Below are positions 56,400 through 64,000 of a stretch of DNA of 64,000 bases, piece after piece. The DNA comes from Octopus vulgaris. Taxonomy: Eukaryota. Below the pieces are notes generated by a model. That model was given only the letters and a program-made list of their open reading frames with translations, was not told where the DNA came from and ran no database searches. The first letter of the stretch is position 1, and the number at the start of each line of letters is the position of its first letter. Where the stretch lies: assembly GCA_951406725.2 (NCBI GenBank), contig OX597820.1, forward strand, positions 64,294,001 through 64,358,000, written 5' to 3'. The position numbers were made by a program, and so were the translations under genes.

Positions 56400-56735
56400 A
56401 AGGCGCATAGCTCAGTGGTTAGAGCGTCGAGCTTACGATCGTGACGTTGCGAATTCGAATCCTGGGCTGCGTGTTGTGTTCTTGAGCATCACACTTTATC
56501 CCACGTTGCTCCAAGTCACTCAGCTGTAGAAATGAATTGCAACGTCACAGGGCCAAGCTGCATCGACATTTGCCTTTCCCTTGGATAATAATACTGGTCT
56601 GGATAGGGGAGGCCGTTATGCATGGACGACTGCTGGTCTTCCACAAACAATCTTGCCCGGACATGTGCCTGAGGGGGAGGGTCACATTCTAGGTGCAATC
56701 CCATGATCAGTCACAACCGAAGGGGGTCTCAGCAA
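56400..56735 (+). mobile_element. tRNA-derived SINE (fourth family)
   Basis: A box TAGCTCAGTGG and B box aattcgaatcc, then tgttgtgttcttgagca...gttgctcca.gtcactcagctg. Related minus-strand copies at about 26750-27030 and 50450-50660. Confidence 0.75.
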
Positions 56736-57164
56736 CAGTCATTCCTTCTCAGCAAATTTGTTTTTATTTGCACTGTAAATTATTAAAAGCGTGTATATTA
56801 AATTATATTTTCATGCATTAGCAGCCAAATTCATGAAATCTTACATATTAAAACTTAATGAACATTTTGAAGCAACAGGGACCTTAACAATATACCAACA
56901 GACTATAGAAAGCATTAACATTTCCAATTGTGCATGCCAAGCTGCAGTCTATCAAACACAGCATACAACCACACACACACGCACATCCACACGCGCGCAC
57001 AAACAAACACACATACATGCATTTAGATATTTGTATACACAAATACATACACAAACACGTGGCCGCGGTGCATGTATGTCGGTGGGTGTATCTTATTTTC
57101 ATCCATCTTTTTATATATGTATATATGTATGTGTGTGCGTGTGCTTCTGCGCACGCGTGTTTAG

Positions 57165-57211
<47 letters not shown>

Positions 57212-57308
57212 CGGGAAGCTTTATGAAAATAAACAAAAGACGAAGGCAGGTGGAAAACAAACGAACAATTGTATTAGTATGGCGCTCAGGAAATATAAAT
57301 AAAACAAG

Positions 57309-57346
57309 TCTTTAACGTTTCGAGCCTACGCTCTTCAACAGAAAGA
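57309..57346 (-). ncRNA. Minimal type I hammerhead, A6U core variant
   Basis: Minus strand: tcttt-CTGTTGA-a-gagc.gtag.gctc-GAAA-cg-TT-aaaga; palindromic stem III AACGTT. Confidence 0.65.
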
Positions 57347-58218
57347 TACACAGAGAGAGAAAAACACAGAAAGAAGGAGAGAAAAAAAATGCGTGCAGTA
57401 GCTAACGAATCAACATGGCAATCTGATTTCGGCCAGAGGTCAAAGATCAAACATGAGACGCGAGAGCGAAATAAGGGGAGATAATAGGGTTGATAAAAGG
57501 GTTGAGGGACCAGCTAAAAGTGCGTGGGAGGGGTCTGGATGTGTGTATGTATAGGGTTGGTGTATGTATTAGTATGTATAAGGTGTGTGTGTGTGTGTGT
57601 GTGTGTATGAGAGAGTATTAGTGCGTAAGATTGGTCTGGACGTGCGTATGTATGGGGTTGGTGTATGTATTAGTATGTATTAGTATGTATTAGTACGTAT
57701 TGGTATGTATAGGTGTGTGTGTGTGTGTGTGAGAGAGTATAAGTGCGTATGCGGGGTCTGGACGTGTGTATGTATAGGGTTGGTGTAAGTATTAGTATGT
57801 ACTAGTATGTATTAGTACGTATTAGTATGTATTAGTTGGTGTGTGTATTAGTATGGCACATCATATGTGATGTGATGTGTAAAGTCATGTGGTGTAGTGA
57901 GGAGAAGAGGGGGAGGGGGAGAAGAGGGGGAGGGGGAGAAGAGGGGGGAGAGAAGGGGAGGGGAAGAAGAGGGGGAGGAGAAGGGGGAAGAGGAGACGAT
58001 GGGGGAGAAGGAAGGTGAGGATGGGGATGAAGGAGGAAAGAGGGAGAGGGGGAGGGAGAGGGGGAGAGAGAAGGGGAGAGAGGGAGTGAGGGAGCAGAGG
58101 GAAGGGGAAGAGGGAGGGAGAAAGAGGGAAGAAGGGAAGGGGAGTAGGGGTGAAAGGATGAAGGACTGAAGAAGTAGGGGTCGGGGGAGAAAGGATAGGT
58201 GAGGAGGGGGAGAGGGGG

Positions 58219-59545
58219 TTAGATGAGGAGGGGGCGAGAGTTGAGACCAAATGGCGTATAAGAGCGAAGAGAGAAGATTAATTCCTGTTCACGGCGCAAA
58301 CGGGAATCCGGATGGCCTCTGTGTAAGGACAAACCGAACACAGATAGGTGTTGCAAGGAGTGACCGGTGGAGCGGAAATGGCGTGAGACCGGTGTGTCGT
58401 TCGCAAGGTGGATGTCACGAAGGTGTTCCGCGAACCGGTCAGCCAAGCGGCGTCCCGTTTGTCCGATGTACAAGGAATTGCAGAGAGAGCAAGAGATGCA
58501 ATAGATAATATTGCTGGAGGTGCAGGTGAAGGAGTGGATGATGGGATAGGGTCGATGGTGGGTGCTAGTGAGGCGGGTGGTGTTGGAGAGGTAAGGGCAA
58601 GTGCGGCAACGTGGGCGGGAGCAGGGGAACGAGCCGGGTTGGGAGGTAGGGTCAGGGAAGGAGCTATGGACCAAAAGGTCTCGAAGGTTGTGGGCTCGTT
58701 TGAAAGAGGGGAGGGGTCGGTTAGGGAAGAGGTGTGAAGTGGACGGGTCGGACTGGAGATGACGGAAAGCTCGAAGAATGGTGCGTTGGAGACGTAGGGT
58801 CGTGGGGTGGTAAGTGAGGGGAAAAGGGAGGCGGGAGACTACAGGGCGGGTTCGGGGAGAGAGAGCAGATACACGGTCCACGGACCGTGCTCTGGCAAGG
58901 GCGGTGTGGATAGTGGTGAGGGGGTATCCACGTAGGGTGAAGTGGTGAGCCATACGTTGAGACTGAGTCTCAAAGTCATGGTCGTCACTACAGAGCCTAC
59001 GTAGACGGAGGAATTGGGAATAGGGGATGGAAAGCTTGGTGTGTTCTGGGTGGGAGGAAGAGAAGTTGAGGTATGAGTGTGAGTCTGTGTGTTTGTAGTG
59101 AATGGAGGTGGTAAGAGTGGAGTGAAGAATGCTAACCGAAATGTCGAGGAAGGAGACAGAGGTGTTGGAGATAGTGGAATTGAAGTGGAGGGCTGGATGG
59201 AAAGATTGGACGAAAGAGAGGAAGGAATCTAGATGTTCGCGGGAGAGTGAGGTGGCACCGATAATGTCGTCAATATAACGACCATATAGTTCAGGAGTGG
59301 GACCAATGAAATTAGAGAATATTTGGGCCTCAACATAGCCAACGAACAGGTTCGCATAGTTGGGGCCCATTCGCGTTCCCATGGCCACTCCCGAGACCTG
59401 ATGGTAGAACTCGCCCGCGAACGAGAAGCAGTTCAGAGTAAGGACAAGTTCGGCCAGACGAATGAGTGTGGAGGTGTCAGGTACAGGGTTAGAGCGGAGG
59501 TCAAGAAAGTGTCGAAGGGCCTGCAGTCCTTCGTGGTGAGGGATA
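58219..59545 (-). CDS. PLE pol fragment: RT C-half + Cys linker + GIY-YIG
   Basis: TVIPHHEGLQAL..LTLNCFSF..GVAMGTRMGPNYANLF, RYIDD, FLDI, HYKHTD, SSHP, CSRPRCRTC, NIIYCISCSLCNSLYIGQT.R.LADRFAEH, PFGLN. The 5' coordinate is approximate. Confidence 0.9.
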
Positions 59546-59782
59546 ACAGTTTAGAGGCTTTACATACATATATATATATATATACACACATACACATATA
59601 TATATATACAGCGAGAGAGAGAGAGGTTATGAGAGGTAATGGTGTCAATATGACCCAAAGGTGTCAGGTGATGCTGAGTAAGTACTATGGATAGACCATA
59701 ATTAAGTTCCAGTTTCAGTGATTATGCGAATAAGGAGTCCAACGTAGGTCATATATCAGCGTGTGTATATATATATATATAT

Positions 59783-60304
59783 TATTTTTCAGAATGAGAT
59801 AAAAAACTAAGGCTGTGAAGATTTTAGAACATTTATAAATAGGTCTTACAGCTGTTTCCAGGATATTTATTATATCCCTTCATCGGAGACGGTGTGAGAA
59901 AATGGTTAAGCAATAGTTAATTTAGATAAGATACGAAATAGAGAATGAAGTAGAGGCATGAAAATAGATGTGAGATATGCATGGATATTGCGTTTGTAGA
60001 TCCATAATTTAGGCAGAATGGTATACATATAAGATTCCAATATGTTGTGAGTAAATTCCAATCGTATTTAAAATTCATCATTGTAAATTGCAATAGTATT
60101 TAAAATTGGTCATTCCAAGTATAGATTTTGTACACAGCGCTATTATTTCGAGGGTTTTCCTGCCTAAATAATGGATCAATAAACGCAATATTTCTGCATA
60201 TCAAGCATCTATATTCATTGCTCCACTTCACTCTCTATTTCGTATCTTATCTAAATTAGCTATAGCTTAACCATTTTCTCACACCACCGATGAAGGGATA
60301 TAAT
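59783..60304. mobile_element. Fold-back PLE remnant: two inverted pLTR-like arms
   Basis: 59870-60016 is the diverged reverse complement of 60160-60304. Hammerhead in the left arm; begins at a (TA)n tract. Confidence 0.7.
59843..59890 (-). ncRNA. Type I hammerhead, U4C core variant
   Basis: Minus strand: gtct-CCGATGA-agggatat.aataa.atatcctg-GAAA-cagctg-TA-agac; palindromic stem III ACAGCTGT. Confidence 0.7.
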
Positions 60305-61523
60305 GTGTTCCGTAAGGAAGCTACTTACCACACAGCGACCCCTGTGCCTTTTTGTCTTCAATCTCATTGTTTGTTTACATCTGACGTCGCGATAGGAAAC
60401 GTAGCAAAACATCAGTGATGGCAATAATATATGAAGAAATACGCTCGGCAAAATAATGACAACTACTTCACCACATACCGCCAACAGCAACAACACCGAT
60501 ATAGACAATCACCTTCACTATCCCTCCTGCAAACCTACAAACAGCCACACCCTGCTACCTCTAACGTTATCTTTACCGCACCAACAACGCCATCATTTTA
60601 AAAAGTGCTACTGCGACTACATTTACCGGTCTAAGAGGGGTCTCTGCTCACTTGGCGACCCAAAGAACAGGATTTACGTGAACTCATATTTCTTTACACT
60701 ATTCTTTTGAAGATGGGTTTTTGTGGCTGAAATATATAAAGTTTCTTCAACTTTCCTCTCTGCATTGTTTTCTTATTTCTTATTTCCAATTTCTTTTATT
60801 CTACTTCAATATTACAATGATTCATGCGAACTATAACGTTCTCCTCTTAAGCATAAACGCACACACACACACACACATATATAATTATTATCATTATTAT
60901 TATTTGAAGGTAACAATGCATGTATCAAAGCGCTATTACTAGTTTCTCAGGTTGATCCAGCTGGCTATAGACACATATATACAAGGGGGGTCAACGGTCC
61001 CACTTCTAGCCTTACGTATTACTCACAGATCTAAGTTTCTTGATGTTGTCTGTCTTCAATGTAAGACACCCACAAACTAGTGACGAACGAAAGCTCTATC
61101 CGCTTACAAATATATATATACGTGTGTGTGTGTGTGTGTTTGTGTGTGTGTGTAATTATTAATGTTTATATGCCAATAGAATATGCCAGTCCAATAAAGG
61201 ACGATGTTACTGTTGTTTTAGCCTCAGGCAAAGATCTTAGATAAATTACCTAGATACTTAGATAAGAAAATGCCCGGGCCGTGTCTGAATTAATAGCACT
61301 ACCTGGAAAATAAGAGTTTACAAGCACGACGAGACTCGAACTCACAATGTTCTAATTCGCTCTGAGATACACATGCATGTACTTTCTTCTACGAGACAGG
61401 AGCTCACCGATCATTTCTATATCCTTTCAATTGCCCTTACGAACATTTTATGACATTTTCACGAAATAGCCAAATAGGAGAAAATAGGATATGAATCGCT
61501 CTCTCTCTCTCTCTCTCTTTCTT

Positions 61524-61580
<57 letters not shown>

Positions 61581-61755
61581 TGTATATGTGTGTATACTGA
61601 CAGGGCAAGACCACTAGATAGTCGGCCGCATGCTAGAAGTAGATCATCAACGATCAAACTACAAGGAATATTCTCTAGAGGAAAATTCAGCGAAACACCA
61701 GAAACAAATTAGGCGGGCAAGACAGATGCAAATTTATATTAAAAATATATGTATG

Positions 61756-61818
<63 letters not shown>

Positions 61819-64000
61819 CCAATAATCGTGTCTAATAATAATTTTAGGAATTTTTAAGCAATTATATTCACACCTAAAATTTCTTTCTGCCAATTGTTTG
61901 TTACTTTCAATTTCGCTGTAGTTCTATCGCGACATCGGTGATATATTAGCGGTGTAAAATTTATTATATTTGATTGTTGAGATGTGGTGATTAACATTTA
62001 ATAGTATGGTAGCATCATTTGAAAAAGATTTATTCTCTGTTATTTATGTTGTTTATCCGTACATAGAAGCGATTATACGAATTTAAATGCTATTCTTGCC
62101 TGATTTTGTTTAGTAGAATTTAAATGCTTTTCTTTTTTTTTATTTTGCATCTGAGGTGAGGGGAAGGGTGATTCGTGAATGAATGATTCATTTCACTATG
62201 TGAATTTCAACTATATGTGTACGCTTGTCATGTCTCTCTCTCTCTTTTCTTTCTCCTTCTCTGTGTCTCTTTCACCTCCTCTCTCGATCTTCCCACCCTC
62301 TCTCTCTTTCTATTTATCAATCTCTCTGCCTTCTAACCTAGCTAGCTCAAACTGTCTTTTAATCAATGTTTATTATAAATCCAATCGGGAATAGTCAACA
62401 ATATAAAAGTCTACGTATAAGTTTGCAGGTCTCGAAGGCGGGACACCAGGGGATACAAAATGGGACTGATGAACTGCCATATTTTGTATAATTAAGGTAC
62501 TTTTAACATCTTTTTTAAGAAATCTAAATCCATGGTGAAGGAAGAATGATATTGAGGGTGAAACACATATTCGTTTCGATAGTATAGAGATTAATATGCA
62601 AAAGATATCTGTTATTTGAAGGAACTAATATTCTTGAAATCGAAAATCTTGGTCCTTATTTTTCACTCTTTTTCCATCCATATATATATTTAGATATTAT
62701 AGTGTTCAAATTTACAGAAAACAAACGATCAAACGATGAAAACAGCTGAGGAAACAACGTGCAGCTTTATTAGTTTGAAGCTTGGAAATATTATTAAAAA
62801 AGGCTTTGAGGTTTTGAACCTGCGATCTGTAACAGAGTGTTCGGACTAAATTCCATGATTTTATATATCTCATATCACTAGGAAGAGCTTCATGCGCTGG
62901 CGAACAGTCAATTGTATTGGGGAGCTTAAAGATTAATGTTGTAGTTGAGGAAAAGTTTACTAATATGGACGACTAGAGATTATCTGAATATTAGATAAGT
63001 GTTCACTGTATCATGATGAATTGCGCCAGGTATGAAAATGCCGATATCATGACAGCTACTCAATGTTTTGCGAATACCGTAAAGGCTGTAAAATGTGACA
63101 TGGGTATCTGCAACAGAGACTACAATGCAGTGACGACCAGGATAGAACTCAGCAGGCTTTCTTAATGCGTCCGCACGCCGGATTTCGTCCAACAACTGAT
63201 TAAAAAGGGCTTTGAGCTCTATTAAAACGCTTGGGTGAAGCTGCTGGCCAAGGGGCAATCTCTTGCTGGTCGGAATTGCTGCTGGAAGTCCGTATGTGTG
63301 ACAGCCATATTCATCTCCTTTTCATACCTCCGAAGAGTGACAGAATTAGTTATCGGGAAATTTCTATGGCTTCACCAGCCTAAATTTCGTACCTCCAAAT
63401 TCGCCCCACGTGTGGGGCGCGATACTAACCACTCTGCCTGCTGTAACAAGGCCGAACTGGTGGCCTAGATTTTCTCAGAAAAAAAGTGAAGAACGTATGA
63501 GCCAGGTTTTAGAGCTGTCTTGATGCCGTGAGGTAATCTGAGCGCGCCTACTTTGATGAACTATTATCATCTAGTTATAATTTGGTTGGTATTCTTTTTT
63601 CTTTTTCATACTTCTACTTTTGGATGAAATATTGTGCTTTCTTTTATTTTTATGGATACTGTCAAATGTAGCTCAAAAATCCTGTAGGAATCCTTGTTTG
63701 TGTATAGTGCAAAATAACATGAATATATCTACACAAACACACACAAATACAAACACACAGGGCACTGATACTCACAGACATATTCAGATGTTCATTTTTC
63801 TATTGTATATACAATCATATACACTCACACCTATATTGTATCTTGTGAGCGTGAGTATTTTTGTATGGGTGTAATTTACCTGAACATCAACATTTTTGAG
63901 ATAAAGAAAAATAGATGAAAAAGATAAAACATTTCTGACAAAAATAGAATTAACAGAAATATGAAGAAAAACAAATGATGGAAACATTAAATTAAAGAAG

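Larger units (their letters stand above)
57211..59563 (-). mobile_element. 5'-truncated Neptune-type Penelope-like element inserted in (TA)n
   Basis: RT/GIY-YIG ORF, long 3' UTR with a hammerhead, and (TA)n on both sides. Truncated at the K-S-L-(Y>stop)-T-V-I-P motif. Confidence 0.9.

Noticed and set aside
56400-56470. tRNA-like A/B boxes (also 24970-25043)
   Set aside because: No complete cloverleaf or acceptor stem, and they continue into repeated bodies. These are SINE heads, not tRNA genes.
57540-57790. tagggttgg motifs resembling telomeric repeats
   Set aside because: Isolated motifs inside a larger repeated unit, not a (TTAGGG)n array.

Overview
AT-rich eukaryotic DNA saturated with microsatellites ((TA)n, (TAA)n, (CAT)n, (TAG)n, (CA)n) and retroelements. 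The repeat families resemble those of octopus/coleoid cephalopods (inference). No host protein-coding gene can be supported; most ORFs in the track are translated microsatellites. The dominant features are Penelope-like elements (PLEs). (i) A Neptune-type RT+GIY-YIG element at about 1898-6045 has an upstream ORF1 that overlaps pol in the -1 frame across a T TTT TTT slippery site, and a 1.9-kb inverted partial copy sits at 1-1897. (ii) A nearly full-length Hydra-clade-like PLE with pLTR repeats lies at 17184-21013. (iii) A 5'-truncated Neptune-type PLE lies on the minus strand at 57211-59563. (iv) Several non-coding pLTR-like pieces are present, including a 565-bp head-to-tail repeat with a canonical type I hammerhead in each complete unit (retrozyme-like, 21075-22311). 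Eight hammerhead or hammerhead-like motifs were found by eye, several with non-consensus cores. Also present: decayed R4/Dong-like LINEs clustered in (TAA)n tracts, CR1-like and CRE-like LINE fragments, two Tc1/mariner-superfamily remnants, a non-autonomous Helitron and many tRNA-derived SINEs, some in tandem arrays. All alignments and RNA folds were done by eye.
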